Shown here: positions 28,393 to 38,532 of the stretch, piece after piece | Layout of the letters: every line of letters begins with the position of its first letter | Position numbering within the stretch: the stretch's first letter is position 1 | Virus record (IMG/VR): IMGVR_UViG_3300031541_000012 | Coordinates: 25,494 to 89,493 of that record | Length of the DNA stretch: 64,000 bases | Source: a virus | Reading direction: 5' to 3' (one strand) | Notes under the pieces: model-generated | Seen by the model: the letters and a program-made list of their open reading frames with translations, nothing else | Database searches by the model: none | Told to the model about the DNA's origin: nothing | Made by a program: the position numbers and the translations under genes

Positions 28393-29985
28393 ATGACAAT
28401 CACCAAAGCACAACTCAATAATCTTGAGCAAGCAGCTGACAAAGTATTTGGCAAACTAGGACTCGATATTGAGTTTACACGACATTTCCTTGACAGAGCA
28501 AACGACGAACGCAACAGCAAGCCGATCACAATCAAAGAGCTGGCTGAATTATTCGTAAAAGAGTACAGGCGTTGGGGCAACAAAATCGCAAAGATGGACT
28601 TTGACGCCGAAGCAGTCATGAAAGACCTCACTAGCCAGATTAACATTCCATTTGTTATCAATCCAGATGGCAACGGAAAAGACCTAGTAGCGAAAACAGT
28701 TATGCGTAAAAAGAATTTCACATCACCAGATCCAACACTTCCAGTAGAAAGTGTAACCGAATCACGTGACTTGTGGTACTTACTAGTTGACGGCGATGAA
28801 TACAATGAGTGGGGCACTGGTTCAGTGATTGGCACTAAAAACGAAATGGGTAAATTTGCTAAAAAAATTCGACGAGAATACAGAAAAGAAAATGGACGTG
28901 ATCCAGATATTATGTTTGTACGAGCAGAGCCAAAACGAATTAAAAAACTACGACCGCATAAAAGCGTCAATGAAGAAGGACACGATAAAAACCTTTACTA
29001 TGTTCAACCAGATGGCGAATGGAAAAAGGGTGGCGATGGTCGTTCAAAAGGCCGCAAGCGCAAGAACATTCCCAAGGGAGCAAAAATCGTGGAAAGGAAA
29101 GTAAAAGAAGACAGCGTTTGCTGGGATGGATACGAAAAGGTACCAGGCAAGAAGGACTACGAAAAAGGTAGTTGCCGCAAAAAGAACAAAAACGAAAATA
29201 GTTATCCCAAACCTATTTCAGGGAGAGATATTACAGACTCTGTAACCCAAGCAAATGTAAAAGTTCTTGGGCAAAGCGTCAAAGAAGAAAAGCATGGTGC
29301 GAAAAAAGGCACACAAGCTAAAGGCAAATCACCTACACCAAAGAAAAGCCGTCCAACAGCAGGTAGTGAAACACCACACCCAATGCGTGGTAAGCTAGTT
29401 GGCGAAAATGCAAAGCTAACTGAGCGCTGGAAGCATAATATCTGGGGCGGTGAGACGGCAGACGGTGTTAAATTTAAGGTTGATAAACTTCAAGGTAAAA
29501 ATCCGCGTTATCTTGTTCGCTACAATAATGATGATAAGGCAGAGTTTGACAATCTTATGGTTTATTACGATGATTTTGACACCGTAATGGACATTGTCAA
29601 CCAAAACTTTGATGCTGCCGTTGCTGGTGGTGAAAAGTTCCGTCGCACTGGACGCACAGCACACAAAGGCAGCTATGAATTCATTAAGCCCGTCCGTGAA
29701 TCACTTACTCTTGAAGAACAATGCCTACTGCAAAAAGGTGCATGGGAAGTAGAGCAGATCCGTAACTCAGTAACCGAAGCAATTCGTGATCCACGTGAAC
29801 TTATCCTTCAAAAGGCATTGGAATATTTAGACAAGATGGTCGCAAGCCGTGGCAGCAAGCAAGACGTTGGCGGTTATGCATTTGACATTGCCCGCAGTTT
29901 TGACCTACGTGATATTGCAACTGCAAAAGAGCTAGCCGACATGTACCATGAATGGAAGGGCATCAAGCCCCATGCGCTACGCTGA
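28393..29985 (+). CDS. modular putative internal head protein; N-terminal RegB/RelE-like module
   Basis: IEFTRHFLDR..AKTVMRK; many [LVI]xE sites between Lys-rich modules. Confidence 0.6.
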   Translation: MTITKAQLNNLEQAADKVFGKLGLDIEFTRHFLDRANDERNSKPITIKELAELFVKEYRRWGNKIAKMDFDAEAVMKDLTSQINIPFVINPDGNGKDLVAKTVMRKKNFTSPDPTLPVESVTESRDLWYLLVDGDEYNEWGTGSVIGTKNEMGKFAKKIRREYRKENGRDPDIMFVRAEPKRIKKLRPHKSVNEEGHDKNLYYVQPDGEWKKGGDGRSKGRKRKNIPKGAKIVERKVKEDSVCWDGYEKVPGKKDYEKGSCRKKNKNENSYPKPISGRDITDSVTQANVKVLGQSVKEEKHGAKKGTQAKGKSPTPKKSRPTAGSETPHPMRGKLVGENAKLTERWKHNIWGGETADGVKFKVDKLQGKNPRYLVRYNNDDKAEFDNLMVYYDDFDTVMDIVNQNFDAAVAGGEKFRRTGRTAHKGSYEFIKPVRESLTLEEQCLLQKGAWEVEQIRNSVTEAIRDPRELILQKALEYLDKMVASRGSKQDVGGYAFDIARSFDLRDIATAKELADMYHEWKGIKPHALR

Positions 29986-30172
29986 TCTAATAGAAAATTT
30001 CAAGGACGACAAAGTTAAAGGCAATAGCCGTCCAGGCAGAGCAAAACGCGCTGGTGTTAATTGCTCTAAGAGTGTGAGTGCTCTACGTAAACAAGCAAGC
30101 AACAGTTCAGGCGAAAAGCAGAAGATGGCACATTGGTGTGCAAATATGAAAAGCGGTAAGAAAAAGAAATGA
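29972..30172 (+). CDS. small basic putative head protein
   Basis: MRYADLIE leader, HWCANMKSGK. Confidence 0.6.
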   Translation: MRYADLIENFKDDKVKGNSRPGRAKRAGVNCSKSVSALRKQASNSSGEKQKMAHWCANMKSGKKKK

Positions 30173-31011
30173 AAGTTCGTGATATCGTTAATGAAATGCG
30201 AGCAAATACTTCGCCACTTAGCAAACGCCTAACCCATGATGTAGGCGATTTGTATGGCGTTATCAAGCAAATTGCTAGCGGTGATATCAGCCGTTATCTC
30301 AAGCGCATTGATCCAACACAGGTCAAAGCATCACAAAGTTGGCTAGACGACTTTGGTGGCGGTGATCCAGTATTCCATGATGTACCTGAAGAATTTTGGG
30401 AGTATCCTATCATAGCGGATCTAGGTGATGAAATGGTAATTATTGACGGACATCACCGTATAGACCGCGGTTCTGACCAAGCACTGGTATTCCCTGTCCA
30501 ACTTGCTGAAAATACAGAAATACAAAAGCCTCATCCAGACGACACACTAGGCGTAGAGCGCAAGCACATGCCACAAGTGCATCGTGACCATTACCCAGAA
30601 CTTATCAAATACCTCGAAGACCATGGCAACAAATTTAGCCACGGCGAAATGCATGCCAAAGAACTCCGTGCTACACAAAAGGAGTTCAGTGATAAAGGCG
30701 TGCGTAAGATGATGAAAACAGGCGGGCGTCCAAGTGACAGTGCTGGTAAAGCATCCAAGCCACTCATCGTCAGTAGCGACAACTATATCCTTGATGGTCA
30801 TCATCGTTGGCTAGCAGCCTGGAATCAAGATGATGTTGTGCCAGTTATGAAAGGCACATTGCCTATCAAGAAACTATTTCAGTTGGTGAACGATTTCGAA
30901 CACACAACGTATAAGGACATACATGAGGAGGTAAGTTCAAATGAAAAAGAAGTTGGAAGAAGAAGACATCCTAGCAACAGAAGGGCCAATGAACGCCGTA
31001 GCAATGGATGA
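30169..31011 (+). CDS. tandem ParB/Srx-like domain protein
   Basis: IIDGHHR and ILDGHHRW; MKVRDIVNE leader. Confidence 0.75.
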   Translation: MKVRDIVNEMRANTSPLSKRLTHDVGDLYGVIKQIASGDISRYLKRIDPTQVKASQSWLDDFGGGDPVFHDVPEEFWEYPIIADLGDEMVIIDGHHRIDRGSDQALVFPVQLAENTEIQKPHPDDTLGVERKHMPQVHRDHYPELIKYLEDHGNKFSHGEMHAKELRATQKEFSDKGVRKMMKTGGRPSDSAGKASKPLIVSSDNYILDGHHRWLAAWNQDDVVPVMKGTLPIKKLFQLVNDFEHTTYKDIHEEVSSNEKEVGRRRHPSNRRANERRSNG

Positions 31012-31168
31012 TGCGCGAGCATACCTAGGGCTTGAAAATCGAACACACCTCACACCAGTAGAAGAAAAGCAGCTAAGAGCTAAAAAGAAAAAGATAGTAA
31101 CAGCGTCGAAAAAGATGGATCGCCGTGTAAACCGCGAATTGACACGCCGCGCAGACCGCTTGGAGTAA
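30941..31168 (+). CDS. hypothetical basic protein
   Basis: GAGGAGG RBS. Confidence 0.55.
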   Translation: MKKKLEEEDILATEGPMNAVAMDDARAYLGLENRTHLTPVEEKQLRAKKKKIVTASKKMDRRVNRELTRRADRLE

Positions 31169-31179
31169 TAAATACCAAT

Positions 31180-31665
31180 ATGAAAATCCAGGATATCATA
31201 ACAGAAACCTCAGCAGGAAGCATTGGCGCAGTTGCAGCACCACTTGGTAGTGGTGATCCTGCCGCAAGCATTTACGGCAAGAAGAAAAAGAAAAAGAAAA
31301 CCGAGATGATCAAACGTTCCGCTACCAATGAAGATGTATTTTTGCCATTTATAGGCGGATCGATTGTATTCTCTCTTATTCTACTATACATTGCTACCTC
31401 AGGGGCCTGGCAGTGGTATAAAAAGAACAAATACAAATCTGAAGTTAAAAGAACAATTAAAAGAGTCATCGAAGAAATTAAAACAGATCCTAAAAAGCGT
31501 GAAATACTCGATGATCTTCAACACAATTACATAAAAAACGGAAGATTCCGTCCTGGTATGAAAAATGCAGGACTCAAGAAAATTCACGACCTATTAGATG
31601 GGCAACCACAAGACATGATTCAGCAAATGGTGTCATCTATCAAAACAACAAGAACGGAGAAATGA
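31180..31665 (+). CDS. putative head protein with TM segment
   Basis: TAAATA upstream; MKIQDIITE leader. Confidence 0.6.
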   Translation: MKIQDIITETSAGSIGAVAAPLGSGDPAASIYGKKKKKKKTEMIKRSATNEDVFLPFIGGSIVFSLILLYIATSGAWQWYKKNKYKSEVKRTIKRVIEEIKTDPKKREILDDLQHNYIKNGRFRPGMKNAGLKKIHDLLDGQPQDMIQQMVSSIKTTRTEK

Positions 31666-32822
31666 CGATGGTCAGAGTAGTAACTAATCGTTATCAAAGA
31701 GTACATGGCAAAAAGCCACGCGGGACTGGACAGTGGATGTTCACATCCAACGAATATGGTGACATTGACTTTAACGATGACACGACATTCTTCCAGGCAC
31801 CGGTCAGCCTACCACTAGCAAAAGCAGCGGCTCACGCTAAGCGTTGGGGCAAAGAAAACGGACACACGGCTATTTACGTTGCTGAAGAAGGATTGAATGA
31901 AATCCACTACGGTACAGAAGATGAATGGAAAGCAAAAGTGAAAAAGACAGCAGACGCAGCACGCAAGGGCATGACTAAGAATCACGAAAAGCGTAAGGCG
32001 GCAATGGGAGAAGATAAGAAACCATTAGGCGGCAAGTTTAAAGTTGGACAGCGTGTTCTACCAAGCAAGAGCAGTCAAAAAGTAATGACTATCACAGGGT
32101 TTGACCGTGTTAAATATATGGGCAAGATGAAAACATTTGCTGATGGTAAGGACGATCAAGGTCGCAACATGCGTCGTCCACTAAGCACACTTGTCGCTAT
32201 TAACGAATCCAAGCAGCTAACAGAAGGCGTGCTAGACGAAATGGATGATGACGGCTTCATGGCAAAGCGTCAACTATACGATCTAGCAAAGTATTCAATC
32301 CAGCTACATAAGATGATTCAAGACTCAGACAACTTAGAACCTTGGGTGCAAGCAAAGATTACAAAAGCAGCAGACTATATTGACACAGTCAAGCACTACC
32401 TAGAATATCAGGATGTACGTAGCGATGAAGCACATGCGGATTTTGGCGACATAGATGACCTAGCGCCAGCAGTTGATGCTATGGCTCCAGACATGCCAGT
32501 TGAACAGGAAATGATGGAATTCCAAGATGAAGGATTTTCAGGCGATGACTTGTTACAACATGCAGTGTTGCGCGGCATTGTTGGTCCTGATGCTGTTCAT
32601 GATCCTGCAATGCAGGGCGTTGCAGATGACACAGCAGAGTGGTATTTTGCTGACGCTGAAGAAATTGGTAGCAGCGATATCTCAATTGCACTCAAGTCAT
32701 TTGCACGTGATTGTGTTGCACAGGGTTGCAATCTAAACGGCGCTAATGCAGAACGTTATGTGACAGAAGTAAAGGCTGCAAACATCTATAGCCAGATGAT
32801 GAAGCCATTGAAAGGCAAGTAA
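31662..32822 (+). CDS. modular putative internal head protein
   Basis: KOW-like FKVGQRV, LEPWVQAKITKAADY helix module, [LVI]xE junctions. Confidence 0.6.
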   Translation: MTMVRVVTNRYQRVHGKKPRGTGQWMFTSNEYGDIDFNDDTTFFQAPVSLPLAKAAAHAKRWGKENGHTAIYVAEEGLNEIHYGTEDEWKAKVKKTADAARKGMTKNHEKRKAAMGEDKKPLGGKFKVGQRVLPSKSSQKVMTITGFDRVKYMGKMKTFADGKDDQGRNMRRPLSTLVAINESKQLTEGVLDEMDDDGFMAKRQLYDLAKYSIQLHKMIQDSDNLEPWVQAKITKAADYIDTVKHYLEYQDVRSDEAHADFGDIDDLAPAVDAMAPDMPVEQEMMEFQDEGFSGDDLLQHAVLRGIVGPDAVHDPAMQGVADDTAEWYFADAEEIGSSDISIALKSFARDCVAQGCNLNGANAERYVTEVKAANIYSQMMKPLKGK

Positions 32823-32823
32823 T

Positions 32824-34953
32824 ATGAAGATCAGGGACGTAAAAGGCAAAGTAAAAGAAGGACGGGAGAGACTTCCAGATATTGATCGTGAGCATCAGAA
32901 AAAGGTCAAAGAAGGCTTTTGGAGTGGTGGCAAGTATCACACAATGGGCACAGCATATTATTTGATTGTTCCGCGTACAGATGGCCGCCTTGATATGTCA
33001 CAATGGTCAGTAATGTCATATGAAGACACACCTGGTAGCAATCCACTGCACCTCAGCAAGATGCTAGACAAACACAGTGAATCACTTGGCTGGGATGGCT
33101 GGGACGTACAGGCATCATGGAATGGTGACATTGACCAAGAGATTGCTCGGTTAGAAAAGCAGCGTGATGATTATGCGGATAAGAAAGATTCTTTCCCAAC
33201 ACAGTATTATGATGGTCTAAACGGTGCTAAAAAGCTACACCAGGCTAAAGAAATCATGCAGACAGCAGACGAAGCCAAGCCTGACAAAGTTGAAGAAGCA
33301 AGTAGCCCAATGGGTGTCATCAATAAGTTCTTGGATAAAAAGAAATCTAAAGAACGTCGCAGTGCAGACCTAGCAAAGAACCCACACAAAGTTGGACAAC
33401 TCAAGAGCGATGAAGTGGAATTCCAACGCGACCTAGAAGCAGTACGCAACGGTGAAGCTGATGCAAGCGAAATGGCAGAGAAGTGGGGACCGCGTGGTGG
33501 CGCATTCCTTAATTTTATCAAGACAGATACGGTTGATGAAAATATCAAAGGCTGGAAGAACGCTGCAAATGACATCGCAAAGCATCGTGCGAAAAAAGGT
33601 AAAAACGTTAAACTAGTCAGGCTCAAGAAGGACGGCAGTGAATGGATATTTGATCCAATCACAAAGAAAACAACAGTTAAAGAAGCTATGCCAAATATGG
33701 GCAAGAAGGTCATCATTGCATACAAAGGCAAAAAAGTTGGCGAATTTGCTGTTCAGCCTAATGCTCGTGTACACCACTTTGATCAAGAGCTTCGCAAACT
33801 AAGCGGACGTATTGACATGAGTGATTTTGAGCGTACTCAGGTAGCACGTGACCTAGCAGCAGGCAAGACAGTTAAACTACCAAGCGGATACGCAATGCAG
33901 CAACAAGATACTCGTCCGCGTGAAATGGAAAGCGTACAAGAAGACGGACGCGAAACAGCTAGTGCCGCAGTAAAGCGCAGTGAAAAGGCACGTCAGCGCA
34001 ACATCAACAAGGCAAAGAGCATGATGAAGCGTGGGTTTGATGCTGAAACCGCAGCCAAGGAGCACGGTGTTCGTGCTAAGGATCTCGAAGAGTCTACAGG
34101 CAGCTTTAAGGTAGGCGATGTTGTTATCCCTAACCGTGGTCCGCACAAGGGACAAAAGCACGAAGTGATCCATTGCTTTGATGATGGTAGCTGCAACGTT
34201 AAGCCAATTGGATTGTCACCCAACCGTATCCGTTACGGAATGGGTGCAGCCAAAGCACAGCCTGAAGATTTACAACTTGCAGAAGCTAGCTGGCCAACAC
34301 AGGCAGACAATACGCCAGACCACACACCAACAAATAGCCCAACGGTTTCAACCAGCTCACATAATGATCGTGTGTTCCGTATTGCTGACCTTAGACTTGA
34401 ATACAAAAAGCTAACAGGTAAATCCGCACCACGTGATCCTAGTCTCGATGTTGAAGACTACGAAAAGATGGTTGCTGATGCTCGCGAAGCACTTGGCGAA
34501 AATGGCAAAGGACTGTACCACAATGTTAACAAGCGCAAGAAGACAGGAACCAGCCGTCCAAAAAGCCATCCAAAAGCACCAACTGATAAGGCGTGGAAGG
34601 ATGCAGCTAAAACAGCAAAAGAGTCAACAGAAATTACTCTAGAAGACACACAAGACTTCCACGAAGAGTTTGGTTACTTAGGCTACAGCCTAGACGAAAA
34701 CGACTTGTTTGAAGCTGATTACCAGGGACGCAAGGTCAAGCTTAACAAGCCAATGGCTGGTGACGTTAAGAAGTTCAAAGTTTACGTTAAAGATCCAAAG
34801 ACAGGCAATGTCAAGAAAGTCAACTTTGGCCAAAAGGGTGTCAAGATCAAGAAGAACAACCCAGAGCGTCGTAAGAGTTTCCGTGCTCGTCACAACTGCG
34901 ACAACCCAGGGCCAAAGACCAAAGCACGTTACTGGTCATGCAGAAAGTGGTAA
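32824..34953 (+). CDS. large modular putative internal head protein
   Basis: More than 10 [LVI]xE-[GASND] junctions; terminal KARYWSCRKW module. Confidence 0.6.
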   Translation: MKIRDVKGKVKEGRERLPDIDREHQKKVKEGFWSGGKYHTMGTAYYLIVPRTDGRLDMSQWSVMSYEDTPGSNPLHLSKMLDKHSESLGWDGWDVQASWNGDIDQEIARLEKQRDDYADKKDSFPTQYYDGLNGAKKLHQAKEIMQTADEAKPDKVEEASSPMGVINKFLDKKKSKERRSADLAKNPHKVGQLKSDEVEFQRDLEAVRNGEADASEMAEKWGPRGGAFLNFIKTDTVDENIKGWKNAANDIAKHRAKKGKNVKLVRLKKDGSEWIFDPITKKTTVKEAMPNMGKKVIIAYKGKKVGEFAVQPNARVHHFDQELRKLSGRIDMSDFERTQVARDLAAGKTVKLPSGYAMQQQDTRPREMESVQEDGRETASAAVKRSEKARQRNINKAKSMMKRGFDAETAAKEHGVRAKDLEESTGSFKVGDVVIPNRGPHKGQKHEVIHCFDDGSCNVKPIGLSPNRIRYGMGAAKAQPEDLQLAEASWPTQADNTPDHTPTNSPTVSTSSHNDRVFRIADLRLEYKKLTGKSAPRDPSLDVEDYEKMVADAREALGENGKGLYHNVNKRKKTGTSRPKSHPKAPTDKAWKDAAKTAKESTEITLEDTQDFHEEFGYLGYSLDENDLFEADYQGRKVKLNKPMAGDVKKFKVYVKDPKTGNVKKVNFGQKGVKIKKNNPERRKSFRARHNCDNPGPKTKARYWSCRKW

Positions 34954-34956
34954 AGA

Positions 34957-35283
34957 ATGCAGTTAACTGAGATCAAGGAAAAGATCCGTAACACTCGTAT
35001 GCCACGCCGCATATATGATGAAGTTATGGCTCAAGAAGTTGACACAGTTGGAAAAGACAGTCAACAAGAAAAGCACCAGCTGGCAGATCAGATGCTACGT
35101 GGCCAGCCAAGCGGAGCCATTGTTAAGGTTCCGCTTACAAAGGAAGTACAGAGCTATTTGCTTTACAAATCACTTCCAAACATGATTGACATTGCTAAAG
35201 ACAATATGAATCGTCGACTAGTAAATAGTTTACAGAAGTTCCAGGCACGTTTACATGCCAAGTTGGTAGGAGTTGAAAAGTAA
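34957..35283 (+). CDS. hypothetical protein
   Basis: MQLTEIKE leader. Confidence 0.6.
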   Translation: MQLTEIKEKIRNTRMPRRIYDEVMAQEVDTVGKDSQQEKHQLADQMLRGQPSGAIVKVPLTKEVQSYLLYKSLPNMIDIAKDNMNRRLVNSLQKFQARLHAKLVGVEK

Positions 35284-35906
35284 TGTTAATTGAAGACATC
35301 ATTAATGAAGGACCAGGTGACGGGCTGCCAAAGGTCGTCCTGTATCCAGGTCGTTTTCAGCCACCACACATTGGACACATGAAAGCATGGAAACATCTTA
35401 AAGGTGAATTTGGCGATGCTAAAATTGTCACCAGTGATAAGGTAGATCCGCCACGCAGCCCATTCAACTTCCAGGAAAAGAAAGCACTGCTAAAACATGC
35501 AGGTGTTCCTGAAAATGCTATTGTGCAAGTTAAAAACCCATACCTTGCAAACGAGATTGTCGATAAAATGGAAAAGGAACAGTTTGTGCTGATTTTTGCA
35601 ATAAGTGAAAAGGACATGGACGAAGATCCACGCTTTACATTTAAACCAAAGAAGGACGGGAGCCCAAACTACTTCCAGCCATACAAGCAGAATAGAGGCA
35701 AACTAGAGCCTGCAAGCAAACACGGATATATCACAACCGTTCCTACGTTCCCGTTCAATGTCGCAGGTGAGCCAATGCGTAGTGCTACTGAGTTCCGTGC
35801 CAATTTTGCTAAGGCTGATGAACAAAAGCAAGCGCAAATGATCAAGGACCTATATGGCAAGTATAGCGATAAGGTACACGCGCTATTGGCAGACAAAATT
35901 GTCTAA
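35283..35906 (+). CDS. HIGH-motif nucleotidyltransferase (cytidylyltransferase/NMNAT-like)
   Basis: YPGRFQPPHIGH, SPFNFQEK, MRSATEFR. Confidence 0.85.
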   Translation: MLIEDIINEGPGDGLPKVVLYPGRFQPPHIGHMKAWKHLKGEFGDAKIVTSDKVDPPRSPFNFQEKKALLKHAGVPENAIVQVKNPYLANEIVDKMEKEQFVLIFAISEKDMDEDPRFTFKPKKDGSPNYFQPYKQNRGKLEPASKHGYITTVPTFPFNVAGEPMRSATEFRANFAKADEQKQAQMIKDLYGKYSDKVHALLADKIV

Positions 35907-36564
35907 CGGAGTCGTATACGACTGCGACGCTTGGAATAGATATCCCCGACATCGTTGGTTATTCAACAAACTGGACCTGAGCCTTAAACTAGGCTATGCA
36001 GCAGGACCAGGAGGTACCAGTGTGCCTAGTGATGGCGACTATATTGTACGCCCTATAATGAACCTCAGCGGCATGGGCGTAGGAGCAACACGCCAACAAT
36101 TGAAGCGCAATGACTATAAAACCGTGCCGCCAGGTTATTTTTGGTCTGAATTCTTCCACGGTCCTAATGTATCAGTTGATTATGAATGGGTTGTTGAGGG
36201 CAGTAAAAACATGCTCAAGCCAGTGTTCGCAGCAGAAGGATATCGTACCAGCAGTGATCTATATCGCTTTAATGGTTGGAAACGCATTGATCCTCCTTAT
36301 TGGGACTTGCCTGAATGGATTAAAGAGCTACATGACGTGCCACGTTTCAACATAGAGTTTGTATACGACAAAATAATTGAGATACACCTACGTCCAGGTA
36401 ATGACTTCCCAGACGGTGCGACACAGATCATTCCAATTTGGAGCGACATGAGCGGACATGACATAGACAGATTTATACGCGCAGGTTACACACAAGTTAC
36501 AAATTTCGATGATGCTGACGGTCACCTTAAAGAAGTTAAACGCCTAGGCTTTCTTTGGAAATAG
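35854..36564 (+). CDS. conserved phage protein, ATP-grasp-like (start uncertain)
   Basis: YIVRPIMNLSGMG, FNIEF, IIEIHLR. Confidence 0.55.
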   Translation: MASIAIRYTRYWQTKLSNGVVYDCDAWNRYPRHRWLFNKLDLSLKLGYAAGPGGTSVPSDGDYIVRPIMNLSGMGVGATRQQLKRNDYKTVPPGYFWSEFFHGPNVSVDYEWVVEGSKNMLKPVFAAEGYRTSSDLYRFNGWKRIDPPYWDLPEWIKELHDVPRFNIEFVYDKIIEIHLRPGNDFPDGATQIIPIWSDMSGHDIDRFIRAGYTQVTNFDDADGHLKEVKRLGFLWK

Positions 36565-36607
36565 CTGATTTTCCAATAAATACGTATGTTATAGAGGAGA
36601 ACCAGCA

Positions 36608-37405
36608 ATGGCAGTCATCAAAAACCATCGCCTAGAAGGCGCACCATATGTTGCATCACCAAACAAAGGTGGCAAGATTACCCCTAAGTTCATCGTGCAG
36701 CATTACACAGCAGGTTACACAGCACAGTCAGCAATCAACACACTCACCCGCAAGGGCAGTGGCGTAAGTGCTCACGTTACTGTGGACCTAGACGGAACAA
36801 TTACACAACACGTACCATTCAACGTAAAGGCTTGGCATGCCGGACCAAGCACATGGATGGGCTACAGCGGACTCAACAGCCACAGTATTGGTATTGAGAT
36901 TGTAAACATTGGCTGGCTTCGTCCAGCAGGCAACGGTATGTACCAGGATGCATATGGTAACACTCGTACAGACTCAGACTTCCCTAACGGCTTCGTTATG
37001 GCACGTAATAGTCGCGTTGGCAGCGGCACATTTGCTTGGCCACGTTACCCACAAGCACAGCTAGAGGCAGTAGACGTGCTGACAGAGGCTCTCTGCAACA
37101 AATATGCAATCATGGACATCGTTAGCCATGAACAGATTGACACACGTGGTTGGAAAGTTGATCCAGGTCCGGCGTTCCCAATGAACTTGGTTAAGCGTCA
37201 CCTTACAAGCGACCGTGGAGACGATGATGAGAAGTGGGAAGTCACAGCTAGCAGCCTACGTGTTCGCGGCGGCCCTGGCACACACTTCGAAACACTGGGC
37301 AGCCTTTCACGCGGCACTATGGTCAATGTTATTGCTCGCAGCGGTGACTGGGGTCAAATTGACGCAGAAGGTTGGGTACACGCTGGCTACCTACGTCGCG
37401 TTTGA
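36608..37405 (+). CDS. N-acetylmuramoyl-L-alanine amidase (Amidase_2) with SH3b, probable endolysin
   Basis: IVQHYTA, SAH, AWHAG, SIGIEI, SHEQI..KVDPGP; LRVRGGPG SH3b. Confidence 0.9.
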   Translation: MAVIKNHRLEGAPYVASPNKGGKITPKFIVQHYTAGYTAQSAINTLTRKGSGVSAHVTVDLDGTITQHVPFNVKAWHAGPSTWMGYSGLNSHSIGIEIVNIGWLRPAGNGMYQDAYGNTRTDSDFPNGFVMARNSRVGSGTFAWPRYPQAQLEAVDVLTEALCNKYAIMDIVSHEQIDTRGWKVDPGPAFPMNLVKRHLTSDRGDDDEKWEVTASSLRVRGGPGTHFETLGSLSRGTMVNVIARSGDWGQIDAEGWVHAGYLRRV

Positions 37406-37435
37406 CAAATTAAGTGGCTTGCGCTATAAAAGCGT

Positions 37436-37900
37436 ATGCCACTGAAACCTACCACTCTGGATGATCTTGAGCTGTTCCAATACGAACGGGGCGGCAAGTA
37501 TTACAAGACTTGGACTTGGAATGATACTCTGCACAGTGTGGAGGATCATCCAAGTCTTATCATTCGTGACGGTCAGGGCGCGATCATTGAGCAACAATGG
37601 CACACACATGGTATGCGCCACCGCGATGGTGACAAGCCAGCCTGGATCAAAGATGACGTGATGCTGTTTTACAAGAATGGCGAGATGCATCGTGATGACG
37701 GTCCTGCATGGGAAGGTATTACAGAGCAAAAATGGTATCGCCACAATCAGCTACATCGTTTAGATGGGCCCGCTGTTGAGGGGCTCAAAATAGCCCCACA
37801 GTGGTATCTTGATGGCTATGCTATAACTATGCAGCAATGGGGCGATGATCCTAGGGTAGATAATGAACTTTTTGTGTATTTTAAGCTAATTTATGATTGA
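37436..37900 (+). CDS. HRxDGPA-repeat protein with C-terminal KL motif
   Basis: Four HR.DG/DKPA-type repeats; ends DNELFVYFKLIYD. Confidence 0.7.
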   Translation: MPLKPTTLDDLELFQYERGGKYYKTWTWNDTLHSVEDHPSLIIRDGQGAIIEQQWHTHGMRHRDGDKPAWIKDDVMLFYKNGEMHRDDGPAWEGITEQKWYRHNQLHRLDGPAVEGLKIAPQWYLDGYAITMQQWGDDPRVDNELFVYFKLIYD

Positions 37901-37944
37901 CAACCAAGGCGTTTTGCTTTATGATATAAGAGTAAGCAAAGGAG
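37897..37944 (+). promoter_or_regulatory. early promoter
   Basis: TTGACA-17-TATGAT then TAAGCAAAGGAG. Confidence 0.78.
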
Positions 37945-37950
37945 ATACAC

Positions 37951-38364
37951 ATGTTTAAGGTTTTCCAAGTCGAACTGCCCGCCGCTAAGGCAGACGAAGT
38001 TAACGCAGCAGGTTGCTGGAGCAAAGTTACCTGGGGCAAGGCATACTTGGACCTCACCAATGGCTTTGGTGAACTGAACCTGGAGATGGTTCTTGCCGCC
38101 GCTGAGCATGATCTCATCAAGCACACGATGACAATTGACGCCGTAGAGCTCGAGGAAGTTTTTGCCCTGGGCAACGGCATGGGCGACATGTCCAAAGTTA
38201 CCGAGCACTGCCGCCACAAGAGCATGAGCGTTGGTGACATTGCTATCCGTGAAGATAGCCGCGGTGGTGGCATTGTTGCTGCATTTGGTTTTGAAGTGCT
38301 CAGTGAGAAGGAAGCCAAAGAGTTCGAAACTGTTGTTCCCCAGAAAATGACGCTGAAGGTGTAA
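37951..38364 (+). CDS. hypothetical early protein (YodL-like SMSVGD motif)
   Basis: LEEVF..GN..HKSMSVGDI. Confidence 0.65.
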   Translation: MFKVFQVELPAAKADEVNAAGCWSKVTWGKAYLDLTNGFGELNLEMVLAAAEHDLIKHTMTIDAVELEEVFALGNGMGDMSKVTEHCRHKSMSVGDIAIREDSRGGGIVAAFGFEVLSEKEAKEFETVVPQKMTLKV

Positions 38365-38532
38365 TATGCAAGTCCGTGTTATAGACGAAAGCTACTGATA
38401 CTTCGGAAAAATTGCCGAAGTAGTCAACACTGTTTGGTTTGGTGACATGGCCGTTCACCAGCTAGAGATCGCCAGCGACATTGGCAACGCTACTATTTCG
38501 TTCGCCAGGCGCGCCGATAAAGTGGAGGAAGT

